Origin: Vibrio alginolyticus NBRC 15630 = ATCC 17749
Lineage (GTDB): Bacteria; Pseudomonadota; Gammaproteobacteria; Enterobacterales; Vibrionaceae
NCBI RefSeq assembly: GCF_000354175.2
Contig: NC_022349.1
Coordinates: 2,250,001-2,282,000 of the forward strand
DNA: 32,000 bases
Direction of reading: 5' to 3'
Made by a program: the position numbers and the translations under genes. Below, in pieces: positions 22,779 through 31,320 of the stretch (within the stretch, counting starts at the first letter, position 1; each line of letters opens with the position of its first letter). The notes beneath the pieces were generated by a model. It did no database searches and was not told the DNA's origin. It saw nothing but the letters and a program-made list of their open reading frames with translations.

Positions 22779-23105
22779 TTATAAGTTTGCGTCTAGGAAC
22801 TCTTTTAGTTGAGTTTTAGACAGAGCACCTACTTTCGTTGCCGCTACGTTACCATCTTTAAATAGTAATAGCGTTGGAATGCCGCGAATACCAAACTTAG
22901 GTGGTGTACCTGCGTTATGGTCGATGTTTAGTTTACCGATAGTGAGTTTGCCTTCGTACTCGTCTGCGATTTCGTCCAAAATAGGAGCGATCATTTTACA
23001 AGGACCACACCATTCTGCCCAAAAATCCACTAGAACCGGGCCTGCAGCGTTGATTACATCGTTTTCAAAACCGTCATCAGTTAGCTGCAAAATCTTATCA
23101 CTCAT
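22779..23105 (-). CDS. trxA: Thioredoxin 1
   Basis: 108 aa from the ATG at 23105 ([17 protein letters not shown]...), with the WCGPCK active site and a GGAG SD. The 4-residue extension in the track is not supported by the E. coli TrxA alignment. Confidence 0.97.
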   Translation of the reverse strand: MSDKILQLTDDGFENDVINAAGPVLVDFWAEWCGPCKMIAPILDEIADEYEGKLTIGKLNIDHNAGTPPKFGIRGIPTLLLFKDGNVAATKVGALSKTQLKEFLDANL

Positions 23106-23216
23106 CTTCCACTCCAATGTGTTTTTCGAAACTGGTTGGATGATAACCAGTAATTAGATGCCCTATTGGAATGTATTTACTTTCGTATTGCAAGCTTTAG
23201 CTGATATTCTATAGCC

Positions 23217-24530
23217 ATGAAAAAGACGCATATCACAGAGCAAAAGTTCGCCGATTTGGGCTTAAAGCCCCAAGTTATTGAAGGATTGGACAAAAAAGGG
23301 TTCGAATTTTGTACCCCTATCCAAGCCTTGGCGTTGCCGGTCCTGCTCACCGGCCAAGACATCGCAGGCCAGGCCCAAACGGGTACTGGTAAAACGCTCG
23401 CGTTTCTTACTGCTACGTTCAACCACCTTCTGACGACTCCGGAACATGAAGGTCGTAAGCCTACACAGCCACGCGCAATTATTATGGCGCCTACACGTGA
23501 GCTCGCTATTCAAATTTACAATGATGCAGAATCATTAACTGAAAGCACAGGTCTAAAAACCGCTCTAGCTTACGGTGGTGAAAGCTACGACAAGCAACTT
23601 GCGAAACTGCAAGACGGCGTAGATATTCTGATCGGAACAACAGGCCGTATCATCGACTTCTACAAACAGCGCGTATTTAACCTCAACAACATTCAAGCTG
23701 TTGTTCTGGACGAAGCCGACCGCATGTTCGATCTTGGCTTTATTAAAGACATTCGCTTCTTGTTCCGTCGTATGCCTGAGCCAAAAGAGCGTTTGAACAT
23801 GCTGTTCTCAGCAACGCTGTCTTACCGCGTTCAAGAACTGGCATTCGAACACATGAATACTCCTGAGCATGTCGTTGTCGAACCAGAACAAAAAACTGGC
23901 CACCGTATCCAGGAAGAGCTTTTCTATCCTTCTAATGAAGACAAAATGGCGCTGCTTCAAACACTAATTGAAGAAGAGTGGCCAGATCGCGCTATCATTT
24001 TTGCCAATACCAAGCATAAGTGTGAATCGGTTTGGGGTCATTTGGCTGCCGATGGACACCGTGTAGGCCTTCTTACTGGCGATGTACCGCAGAAGAAGCG
24101 TGAGAAGATTCTTGAGCAATTCACCAAAGGTGATGTCGACATCCTAGTTGCAACTGACGTTGCAGCGCGTGGCCTGCATATTCCTCAGGTAACGCACGTT
24201 TTCAACTACGACCTTCCTGACGACTGTGAAGATTATGTTCACCGTATTGGCCGTACTGGTCGCGCTGGTGCGAGCGGTCATTCGATCAGTTTTGCTTGTG
24301 AAGAGTACGCGGTTAACCTACCAGCAATCGAAGAATACATTGAGCATACAATCCCAGTTTCAGAGTACGATTCGTCGACACTAATTCAAGATCTACCGGC
24401 TCCGATTCGTATGCGTGCACCACGCAACCAACAGCGCCGCACGAATACTGGCGGTACCCGTTCTGGTAACCGTAAGCCGCAGGGACGTCGTCCACGCCAA
24501 CCGCGTCAATCGGCACCAAAACAATCGTAA
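23217..24530 (+). CDS. rhlB: ATP-dependent RNA helicase RhlB (DEAD-box)
   Basis: 437 aa. [16 protein letters not shown] matches the E. coli RhlB N-terminus. [15 protein letters not shown] and [10 protein letters not shown] motifs are present, with an Arg-rich C-terminal tail. Confidence 0.96.
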   Translation: MKKTHITEQKFADLGLKPQVIEGLDKKGFEFCTPIQALALPVLLTGQDIAGQAQTGTGKTLAFLTATFNHLLTTPEHEGRKPTQPRAIIMAPTRELAIQIYNDAESLTESTGLKTALAYGGESYDKQLAKLQDGVDILIGTTGRIIDFYKQRVFNLNNIQAVVLDEADRMFDLGFIKDIRFLFRRMPEPKERLNMLFSATLSYRVQELAFEHMNTPEHVVVEPEQKTGHRIQEELFYPSNEDKMALLQTLIEEEWPDRAIIFANTKHKCESVWGHLAADGHRVGLLTGDVPQKKREKILEQFTKGDVDILVATDVAARGLHIPQVTHVFNYDLPDDCEDYVHRIGRTGRAGASGHSISFACEEYAVNLPAIEEYIEHTIPVSEYDSSTLIQDLPAPIRMRAPRNQQRRTNTGGTRSGNRKPQGRRPRQPRQSAPKQS

Positions 24531-24550
24531 TAGGAAACTGAGTTCGTTTT

Positions 24551-26044
24551 ATGAGTCAAGCAGGATCATCACCGCTATATGCCGCCATCGACCTCGGGTC
24601 GAACAGTTTTCACATGCTCGTTGTGCGTCACATCGATGGCAGCGTTCAAACAATGGCTAAAATTAAGCGCAAAGTTCGTCTAGCAGCTGGCTTAGATGAA
24701 CATAATTCTCTTAGTATGGAAGCTATGCAGCGAGGATGGGACTGCTTAAGTCTATTTGCGGAACGCTTGCAGGACATTCCTAAACAAAACATTCGCATCG
24801 TCGGTACAGCAACATTACGTACCGCGACCAATGTAGATGTGTTTTTAGAAAAGGCTAACCAAATTCTAGGCCAGCCTATCGAAGTGATTACTGGTGAAGA
24901 AGAAGCTGCCACTATCTATAAAGGTGTCGCTCACACCTCTGGCGGTAGTGGTCGTCGCCTTGTAGTCGATATCGGTGGAGCAAGTACCGAACTGATTATC
25001 GGGGAAGGTTTCGAAGCCAAAGCACTGACCAGCTTAAAAATGGGCTGCGTGACTTGGCTTGAAAACTTCTTTAAAGATCGCCAATTGAATGCTCGTAACT
25101 TTGACGCGGCAATTGAAGGAGCGAAACAGACCATCCAGCCGATTTTAGAACGTTATACAGAAATTGGTTGGGATGTGTGTGTTGGTGCATCAGGCACAGT
25201 TCAGGCATTGCAAGAGATAATGCTGGCGCAAGGCATGGACGAAGTAATCACTCACTCCAAACTCAAGCGTCTACAGAAGCAAGCCATGTTGGCCGACCAT
25301 TTAGAAGAGCTCGATATTGAAGGCTTAACACTTGAGCGTGCATTAGTGTTCCCTAGTGGCCTCTCTATTTTGATTGCCGTTTTTGAATTGCTTGAAATCG
25401 ATGCTATGACACTGGCTGGCGGCGCACTACGCGAAGGCTTAGTGTATGAGATGGTTGAAGAGCTTCGTCAAGAAGACATTCGTGCCCGCACTATCGCTAG
25501 CGTACAAAATCGTTATCAGCTCGATCACCAATACGGTGAACAAGTCGCTAGTCTGGCACACACGCTTTTACAGCAAGCTGGGGGCGATGAGTGGATTACA
25601 GAGCCTCAGGGCAAGATATTACTCGAGACCGCCGCAAAACTGCATGAAATTGGCTTAACTATCGATTTCAAAAAAGGCGGAGAGCATAGTGCTTACTTGC
25701 TGCAGAATTTGGATCTGCCTGGTTACACGCGCGCGCAGAAGTTCTTTATTGGTGAAGTGGCTCGTCGCTATCGCGAACAACTCACTTCTTTACCTGAGCA
25801 GCATGCATTATCAGGCTCGAGTGCAAAACGAGTATTGAGATTGTTGCGTCTTGCGGTTCTGCTCAGCCATCGTCGCAATCCTGATCTAGAGCCAAATGTG
25901 ACTCTAACGGTTGAAGGCGACAATCTAACGTTACACATTGATGTGCAATGGCTAGAGAAAAACCCACTGACTGCAGCTGAGTTGGAAATTGAATCCAACC
26001 GTCAGACAGACATCGGCTGGCCATTAAATATCGTAGCAAAATAA
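24551..26044 (+). CDS. gppA: Guanosine-5'-triphosphate,3'-diphosphate pyrophosphatase (GppA/Ppx family)
   Basis: 497 aa. [28 protein letters not shown] and [15 protein letters not shown] are colinear with E. coli GppA. It lies downstream of rhlB as in E. coli. Confidence 0.93.
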   Translation: MSQAGSSPLYAAIDLGSNSFHMLVVRHIDGSVQTMAKIKRKVRLAAGLDEHNSLSMEAMQRGWDCLSLFAERLQDIPKQNIRIVGTATLRTATNVDVFLEKANQILGQPIEVITGEEEAATIYKGVAHTSGGSGRRLVVDIGGASTELIIGEGFEAKALTSLKMGCVTWLENFFKDRQLNARNFDAAIEGAKQTIQPILERYTEIGWDVCVGASGTVQALQEIMLAQGMDEVITHSKLKRLQKQAMLADHLEELDIEGLTLERALVFPSGLSILIAVFELLEIDAMTLAGGALREGLVYEMVEELRQEDIRARTIASVQNRYQLDHQYGEQVASLAHTLLQQAGGDEWITEPQGKILLETAAKLHEIGLTIDFKKGGEHSAYLLQNLDLPGYTRAQKFFIGEVARRYREQLTSLPEQHALSGSSAKRVLRLLRLAVLLSHRRNPDLEPNVTLTVEGDNLTLHIDVQWLEKNPLTAAELEIESNRQTDIGWPLNIVAK

Positions 26045-26069
26045 GCGAATATCACTGCCTTACAATACT

Positions 26070-26098
26070 AAAGCCCAGGCGTTCGCTTGGGCTTTTTT
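26070..26098 (+). terminator. Rho-independent terminator after gppA
   Basis: aagccca-(10 nt)-tgggctt followed by ttttt. Confidence 0.75.
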
Positions 26099-26216
26099 GC
26101 ATCTACTTCCCCTACAAAACGTGCTGCCCAGCAAAAATCTCAGCTTCTCCGCTCTACATCGAAAAACAGCCATGCTTTATTGATAAACACAATTTAGCCA
26201 ACCAAGATGCACCATC

Positions 26217-27860
26217 ATGAAAACCGTTTTAATGACTGGCTTAACTGGCACCCTCGCCCCAAAAGTCGCTCATCAGTTTCACCTACGCGGCTGGAACATA
26301 TTGGAGTGGAATCACCACCAGATCTCACCAGATGATCCAGAGCAAAGTGAGCAATTTTGGCAGCAGCACCACATTGATGCGGTGTGCCATATGGCGATGG
26401 GGAGTGAAGCATGGGCAGCATGGCTCGGTGAACACTGCAAACAGCGCAACATTCCTTACCTCTTTGTCAGCACAGCAATGGTATTTGATGCCACAAAAAA
26501 CGGGCCTTATGGCATCTTTGAAGAAAGAAACACCCAAGATGATTACGGCAAATACAAAGTTCGTTGTGAAGATGCAATCTGGCAAGCAAATCCAGATGCG
26601 ATGATTGCTCGAATTGGTTGGCAGCTCCATCACCAAGCAGAAGGCAATAACATGTTGGCGCATCTCGACCGCCAATATGAAGAGAACGGCGTTATTACCG
26701 CTAGCACAGTTTGGTATCCCGCGACTTCTCATATGGACGATACTGCACTCGCCTTTTTGCAGCTTATTGAGCGGAACGAAGCCGGTTTATATCACCTTGA
26801 TAGCAACTTAAAAGATAAGTGGAATTTCTACGAACTCGTTTGTGCACTCAAGCAGCATTACAACAAGCCATGGCAAGTGCTGCCAAGCAATGACTATCAC
26901 CATGACCAACGTCTAACCGATGAACGAATTGCCTTGCCGCCATTGAGTGAACGTTTCAACAAATCAGAGCAAATCCAGCAAGCCGGCATCATAGGAATCA
27001 ACTGGGGACGCACGCACATTCCCCACTATCGAAACAATGGTGTATCGGTCACAACGTTATGCGCCAACCAAATAGAACCACTTCAGCAAGCGTGCAGTGA
27101 AGAAGCAATCCCAAAGGCAGAAACGAACATCAGCGCACTCAAGCAACTTGATGTAGTGACAATCGCGACACCTGCGCATACTCATGCAGAGATAATTAAG
27201 AAGTTAGGTTCAACCAAGCTAATTTGTGAAAAGCCATTGGTGGGATTGAATTCCGACATCACTCACTGGCAGCAACCGAACTCCAACCTATTAGTTAATT
27301 ACGCCTTTGCTCAGCTAGAGACCGCCAAGACGATAGAGAAGTGGCTCGCCTCGCAAACCCAACCTTGTGTGGTCAATCTAGTCACCCAAGTTAATCTACC
27401 AGGCACCTTCACGCTCAAAGAGTGGTTTCTTGAGACAGCTAGCCACCCTATTTCTTGGTTGCTGCACTGCTTCGGAGACTACTCTCAATCAACACTGGTT
27501 GAGGAAAACGGCCAACTGATCGTTGAGCTGCAATGTGACGACCACCAGCTAAGGTTTGTATTTGAACTAACAGGTGAACCGGGCATCGAGCACAATCTAA
27601 CGATTCAATCCAACCAGACCTTAACCAGCAAAGGCTACTACCGTGTCGGAGAAAAATGGCGTTTCGAGCCCATTCTCGTTAATGGCAACGCGATAAATGA
27701 TGGAGAGTACAGCGAGTCTGATTGCTGGCAGGACGCCAATCAACGCAGTGTCGGTTTGATGTTGGCGATGTTCAATCAAAGCATCAGCTGGGATAACGGC
27801 CTGCAACTTGGCGCCTTCGATGCGCAAAAAGCCATTTTGATTGAGAAGATGCTCTGTTAG
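26217..27860 (+). CDS. Two-domain NAD(P)-dependent oxidoreductase: N-terminal RmlD-like extended SDR fused to a C-terminal Gfo/Idh/MocA-like domain
   Basis: 547 aa. Residues 1-245 align by eye with E. coli RfbD/RmlD (VLMTGLTGTLA vs LLFGKTGQVG; FVSTAMVF vs HYSTDYVF; YGKYKVRCE vs YGKTKLAGE, the YxxxK motif; AGLYHL in both). Residues 255-345 carry the Gfo/Idh/MocA signature (GIIGINWG ... DVVTIATPAHTHAEII ... LICEKPL). The gene is flanked by terminators on both sides. Confidence 0.8.
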   Translation: MKTVLMTGLTGTLAPKVAHQFHLRGWNILEWNHHQISPDDPEQSEQFWQQHHIDAVCHMAMGSEAWAAWLGEHCKQRNIPYLFVSTAMVFDATKNGPYGIFEERNTQDDYGKYKVRCEDAIWQANPDAMIARIGWQLHHQAEGNNMLAHLDRQYEENGVITASTVWYPATSHMDDTALAFLQLIERNEAGLYHLDSNLKDKWNFYELVCALKQHYNKPWQVLPSNDYHHDQRLTDERIALPPLSERFNKSEQIQQAGIIGINWGRTHIPHYRNNGVSVTTLCANQIEPLQQACSEEAIPKAETNISALKQLDVVTIATPAHTHAEIIKKLGSTKLICEKPLVGLNSDITHWQQPNSNLLVNYAFAQLETAKTIEKWLASQTQPCVVNLVTQVNLPGTFTLKEWFLETASHPISWLLHCFGDYSQSTLVEENGQLIVELQCDDHQLRFVFELTGEPGIEHNLTIQSNQTLTSKGYYRVGEKWRFEPILVNGNAINDGEYSESDCWQDANQRSVGLMLAMFNQSISWDNGLQLGAFDAQKAILIEKMLC

Positions 27861-27903
27861 CCATTTCACCAGCGAGCTTCCTCTACGTGCCGTACCTTCG
27901 ATT

Positions 27904-27930
27904 AAAAGGTCTCACTCGGGACCTTTTTTA
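27904..27930 (+). terminator. Rho-independent terminator after the 547-aa gene
   Basis: aaaaggtc-tcactcg-gacctttt within a 6-T run. Confidence 0.8.
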
Positions 27931-28033
27931 CTGCTCATTTTTACCTTCGTACAGCTCAGGGAGCTTTTGGACACCCATGATCTAATTGCTCCCCACGCTG
28001 TACAAAACCCTCTAAATCCCAGTAAGCAGGTAC

Positions 28034-28063
28034 AAAAAAGCCGCTTGATTTAAGCAAGCGGCT
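28034..28063 (-). terminator. Rho-independent terminator after yhhQ
   Basis: agccgcttg-atttaag-caagcggct. The minus strand has tttttt after the stem. It lies 20 nt after the yhhQ stop. Confidence 0.8.
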
Positions 28064-28082
28064 TTCGGGGTTCCCACTGATA

Positions 28083-28757
28083 TTAAGACTGAACGCTTGT
28101 CGTCACCTTAAAGTCAGGGTTCACCGCAGTCAGCTTCTTAATTAGGTAATTCAGTAATACGCCGTACATCGGAACGAACAAACCAAGACTGATAATCAGT
28201 TTGAAGCCGTAATCCACCAGCGCGATTTCCGTCCAATGCTCTGCCATAAATGGATCTGGGCTTTGATAGAACGCAATGGCGAAGAAAGCGATGGTATCAA
28301 GTGCATTACCGAAAAGCGTTGAACACGTTGGTGCCACCCACCATTGCTTCATTTGACGTAGGCGGTTGAACACGTGCACATCCATGATCTGACCAAGTAG
28401 GTACGCCATGAAGCTAGCAATCGCGATACGAGCAACGAATAAGTTAAATTCCCCTAGGTGACCAAAACCTTGGAATTGACCTTCGAAGAACACCACCGAT
28501 AAGAAGTAAGACACTGCCAAAGCAGGCAACATCACTAAGAAGATGATCTTACGCGCCAACTGAGCACCGAAAATACGCACAGTTAAGTCAGTCGCTAGGA
28601 ATATAAATGGGAAAGTGAATGCGCCCCAAGTGGTATGGAAACCGAAAATAGTAAACGGTAGCTGAACTAGGTAATTGCTAGATGCAATAATGACTAGGTG
28701 GAATAGAACCAGATAGATAAGGGCGTTGCGCTGCTGCGCAGGGGTAAAGTTACTCAT
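28083..28757 (-). CDS. yhhQ: Queuosine-precursor (preQ0/preQ1) transporter YhhQ
   Basis: 224 aa from the ATG at 28757 (MSNFTPAQQRNALIYLVLFHLVIIASSNYLVQLP...GFHTTWGAFTFPFIFLATDLTVRIFG), colinear with E. coli YhhQ. The 17-residue upstream extension in the track has no counterpart in E. coli and overlaps the putative riboswitch. Confidence 0.93.
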   Translation of the reverse strand: MSNFTPAQQRNALIYLVLFHLVIIASSNYLVQLPFTIFGFHTTWGAFTFPFIFLATDLTVRIFGAQLARKIIFLVMLPALAVSYFLSVVFFEGQFQGFGHLGEFNLFVARIAIASFMAYLLGQIMDVHVFNRLRQMKQWWVAPTCSTLFGNALDTIAFFAIAFYQSPDPFMAEHWTEIALVDYGFKLIISLGLFVPMYGVLLNYLIKKLTAVNPDFKVTTSVQS

Positions 28758-28760
28758 GCG

Positions 28761-28800
28761 ATACCTTTTTAGTTTGGTTTGGGGGTGAGGGAACCCAAAT
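28761..28800 (-). ncRNA. Candidate preQ1-I riboswitch (H-type pseudoknot sequestering the yhhQ SD)
   Basis: The minus-strand RNA is AUUUGGGUUCCCUCACCCCCAAACCAAACUAAAAAGGUAU-CGC-AUG. P1 is UUUGGG/CCCAAA with a 10-nt loop beginning UUC and ending in C. An A-rich tail contains AAACUAAAAAGG. Loop CCU can pair with the tail AGG, which is the SD. The layout parallels the B. subtilis (AGAGGUUCUAGCUACACCCUCUAUAAAAAACUAAGG) and T. tengcongensis (CUGGGUCGCAGUAACCCCAGUUAACAAAACAAGG) aptamers as I recall them. Confidence 0.6.
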
Positions 28801-28942
28801 CGAGTCACTGAATAAAGTGGCTCTTACCAACAATGTAAAATGAAAAATAAACTGGCTTGGCTCATTCTGAGCGAAGCGGTGGGCGATTATACATTAACCA
28901 CTTTTCGCCGCAAGTCGTCTGTTTTACGCAAACGTTTAAGCA

Positions 28943-28974
28943 TAAAAAAGGGTGTTTCATGTGAAACACCCTTT
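28943..28974 (-). terminator. Rho-independent terminator of the recQ / 101-aa gene operon
   Basis: A long perfect palindrome aaagggtgtttca-tg-tgaaacacccttt. The minus strand has ttttttatg after the stem. It lies 18 nt after the stop at 28992. Confidence 0.85.
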
Positions 28975-28991
28975 CAAGAAAAATTCTATTT

Positions 28992-29297
28992 TTAGAAGCC
29001 GCGCTGGAACAATCCTGCAAGATAATCCAACTCTTCCCTGCTCTCTTCAATCGCTAACGCTTCAAACCAAATCGCTTCGCTGTAATGCTCTGCTTTCATA
29101 AACAGTCGGCAACCTTCAAAGTCGATCAGCCAAGAGTGAATATCCGCATCCCATTGTTTTTCAACCACAGTAGCAGAAAGCAAGCCGACTAAACGCTCAC
29201 CTAAAGCAGGAAAGCTATCAAGGTCAAAGCTCGGCGCAGTAATGATTAAGCGACCTTCTTGTGCCATGTAGTCCGCTAAGCCAAATTCCTTTTGCAT
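28992..29297 (-). CDS. Small acidic protein of unknown function, co-transcribed with recQ (possibly a DUF3630-type family; this is an unverified recollection)
   Basis: 101 aa. The ATG is 9 nt after the recQ stop, with an AAGGA SD in the gap. By my count there are 19 D/E versus 8 K/R. No recognisable catalytic motif. Confidence 0.7.
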   Translation of the reverse strand: MQKEFGLADYMAQEGRLIITAPSFDLDSFPALGERLVGLLSATVVEKQWDADIHSWLIDFEGCRLFMKAEHYSEAIWFEALAIEESREELDYLAGLFQRGF

Positions 29298-29306
29298 CTT
29301 GGTTCC

Positions 29307-31142
29307 TTATCCGTGGTGAGTAATGTGTTCTTGAATCAAATCAAGGAATGGGTCGGCGTACTTCTCTAGTTTGCGCTGACCAACACCGCTGACTGCCAGC
29401 ATTTCGCCGTAAGACGTTGGCAGAATTTCCGCCATATCAATCAGAGTCGCGTCACTGAAGACCACGTATGGTGGCAAACCATCTTCATCAGCAATCGACT
29501 TACGCAGCTTACGTAACTTAGCAAACAGCTTTTTGTCGTAGTTCTTACTGGTCAGTTTATCTGACTTCGCCGCACGTGCTGCGGTGTCTAAACGCGGAAC
29601 CGCTAACTCTAGAGTCACATCGCCACGCAGCAGCGGACGCGCTTCTTCGGTAAGTTGCAGCGTTGAGTTACGCGTGATGTTTTGAAACAACAGCCCTTTG
29701 TGGATTAACTGACGGAAGATACTCACCCAGTAATCGTGGCTGTGATCGCGCCCTATCGCGTAGGTAGAAATCTTATCGTGCCCATTTTCACGCACACGAA
29801 TGTTTTGCATGCCACGTAGCACTTCTACCACGTAGCCCATACCAAAGCTCTGATTCACTCGGTACACACAAGACAACGCCTTACGCGCTTCTTCCGTGGC
29901 ATCAAAGTGTTTCGGTGGATCTAAGCAAATATCACAGTTGCCACATGGCTTCTCACGATACTCACCAAAGTAATTCAATAGCACCTGACGACGACAGGTT
30001 TGCGCCTCAGCAAAGGCACTCATCGCATTCAGTTTGTGGGTTTCCACCTGCTTCTGTGGACCATCGTCTTTCTCATCCAACATACGACGCAGCCAACTGA
30101 TGTCCGCTGGGTCATACAACATCATCGCTTCCGCAGGCAAACCATCACGCCCTGCACGACCGGTTTCCTGATAGTAGGACTCGATATTACGCGGGATATC
30201 AAAGTGAACCACAAAACGCACGTTTGGTTTGTTGATGCCCATACCGAATGCCACGGTCGCCACTACAATTTGGATGTCATCACGTTGGAAAGCTTCTTGA
30301 ACGTAAGCGCGCTCATCAGCGTCCATACCTGCGTGATAACCAGCAGCACGAATGTGGTTGTTGCACAGCTTCTCGGTCACCATCTCAACTTTCTTACGGC
30401 TACCACAATAGATGATGCCGCAGTTACCCTTTTGGGTTTCCAGATAACGAACGATTTGCGAAACCGGCTTGTGCTTCTCAACTAAGTTGTAGCGAATGTT
30501 AGGACGGTCGAAGCTGCCTAGGTAAACCTCTGGATTATTCAGTTGCAGACGCTCAAGAATATCTCGGCGCGTTGCATCATCCGCCGTCGCCGTCAGCGCC
30601 ATAAATGGCACATGGGAAAACTGCTGCTTAAGTTGACCAAGCGCGGCATATTCTGGACGGAAATCGTGTCCCCACTGGGAAATACAATGCGCTTCATCGA
30701 CAGCAATCATCGATAGCGGCAAGTTTTCCAAGCGCTCAATGAAATCACGCATCAATACGCGTTCTGGCGAGACGTACACCAACTTAAGATGACCAGTGTG
30801 CATGCGGTTATACACGCTGAGCAGCTCTTCACGAGGCATGGTCGAGTTAATGCACTCAGCCGCTACACCGTTGGCTTTAAGCTGGTCTACTTGGTCCTTC
30901 ATCAGCGAGATAAGCGGAGAAATCACCAAAGTAATGCCAGAGCGAACCAAAGCAGGAATTTGATAGCACAGCGACTTACCGCCACCAGTAGGCAGGATAA
31001 CTAAGCTGTCGCGACCTTCTACCGCGGCATCAATCACCAACTGCTGACCATCACGGAACTCTTGGTAACCAAACACATCCTCCAACACACGTTGAGGCGT
31101 TACAGGCGAGTCTGATTGTTCGGCTAACAAGGTCGAGGTCAT
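29307..31142 (-). CDS. recQ: ATP-dependent DNA helicase RecQ
   Basis: 611 aa from the ATG at 31142 (MTSTLLAEQSDSPVTPQRVLEDVFGYQEFRDGQ...). It is colinear with E. coli RecQ: PTGGGKSLCYQIPAL, DEAHCISQWGHDFRPEY, the Zn-binding CGNCDIC, and the HRDC-region FAKLRKLRKSIADE. The 29-residue extension in the track is unsupported. Confidence 0.97.
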   Translation of the reverse strand: MTSTLLAEQSDSPVTPQRVLEDVFGYQEFRDGQQLVIDAAVEGRDSLVILPTGGGKSLCYQIPALVRSGITLVISPLISLMKDQVDQLKANGVAAECINSTMPREELLSVYNRMHTGHLKLVYVSPERVLMRDFIERLENLPLSMIAVDEAHCISQWGHDFRPEYAALGQLKQQFSHVPFMALTATADDATRRDILERLQLNNPEVYLGSFDRPNIRYNLVEKHKPVSQIVRYLETQKGNCGIIYCGSRKKVEMVTEKLCNNHIRAAGYHAGMDADERAYVQEAFQRDDIQIVVATVAFGMGINKPNVRFVVHFDIPRNIESYYQETGRAGRDGLPAEAMMLYDPADISWLRRMLDEKDDGPQKQVETHKLNAMSAFAEAQTCRRQVLLNYFGEYREKPCGNCDICLDPPKHFDATEEARKALSCVYRVNQSFGMGYVVEVLRGMQNIRVRENGHDKISTYAIGRDHSHDYWVSIFRQLIHKGLLFQNITRNSTLQLTEEARPLLRGDVTLELAVPRLDTAARAAKSDKLTSKNYDKKLFAKLRKLRKSIADEDGLPPYVVFSDATLIDMAEILPTSYGEMLAVSGVGQRKLEKYADPFLDLIQEHITHHG

Positions 31143-31320
31143 GAAAAGTCTCAGATTGGGTCTTAAAAAAGAGGTGCTTATGCATACCACTGGCACACAA
31201 AGTGAGGGCACATTGTAATGGGGTTTCATGGTGAATAAAACCGCAAATTGTTAGGTGTTTCGCATCACGACTCGTATACTGATTTTCTGCTCTATAAAAC
31301 ACACAATTAGGTGACACTTC

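Noticed and set aside
23131-23151. Perfect 7-bp inverted repeat, actggtt-ggatgat-aaccagt, in the trxA-rhlB divergent intergenic region.
   Set aside because: It is too short to distinguish an operator or 5'-UTR hairpin from chance, and I recognise no matching consensus.
26325-26732. 135-aa minus-strand ORF, and plus-strand out-of-frame ORFs at 26332-26811.
   Set aside because: They overlap the RmlD-like domain of the 547-aa gene, whose frame carries the conserved motifs. The alternatives have no SD or motifs.
27841-28053. 70-aa plus-strand ORF downstream of the 547-aa gene.
   Set aside because: It starts inside the preceding gene and spans two convergent terminators (27904-27930 and 28034-28063). 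No SD.
28862-29050. 62-aa minus-strand ORF between the 101-aa gene and yhhQ.
   Set aside because: It overlaps the 3' end of the 101-aa gene out of frame. It also reads straight through the strong terminator palindrome at 28943-28974. Not credible as coding.
30000-30485. 161-aa plus-strand ORF, plus 29915-30100 and 30789-31004.
   Set aside because: They are antisense to recQ, which is colinear with E. coli RecQ over its full length. There are no independent signals.
31143-31320. I looked for a LexA (SOS) box, CTGT-N8-ACAG, in the divergent recQ-rarD promoter region. The 101-aa ORF at 31051-31356 (-) also spans this region.
   Set aside because: The nearest match (actgattttctgct) lacks the ACAG half-site. 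The ORF overlaps both the recQ and rarD starts and has no support.
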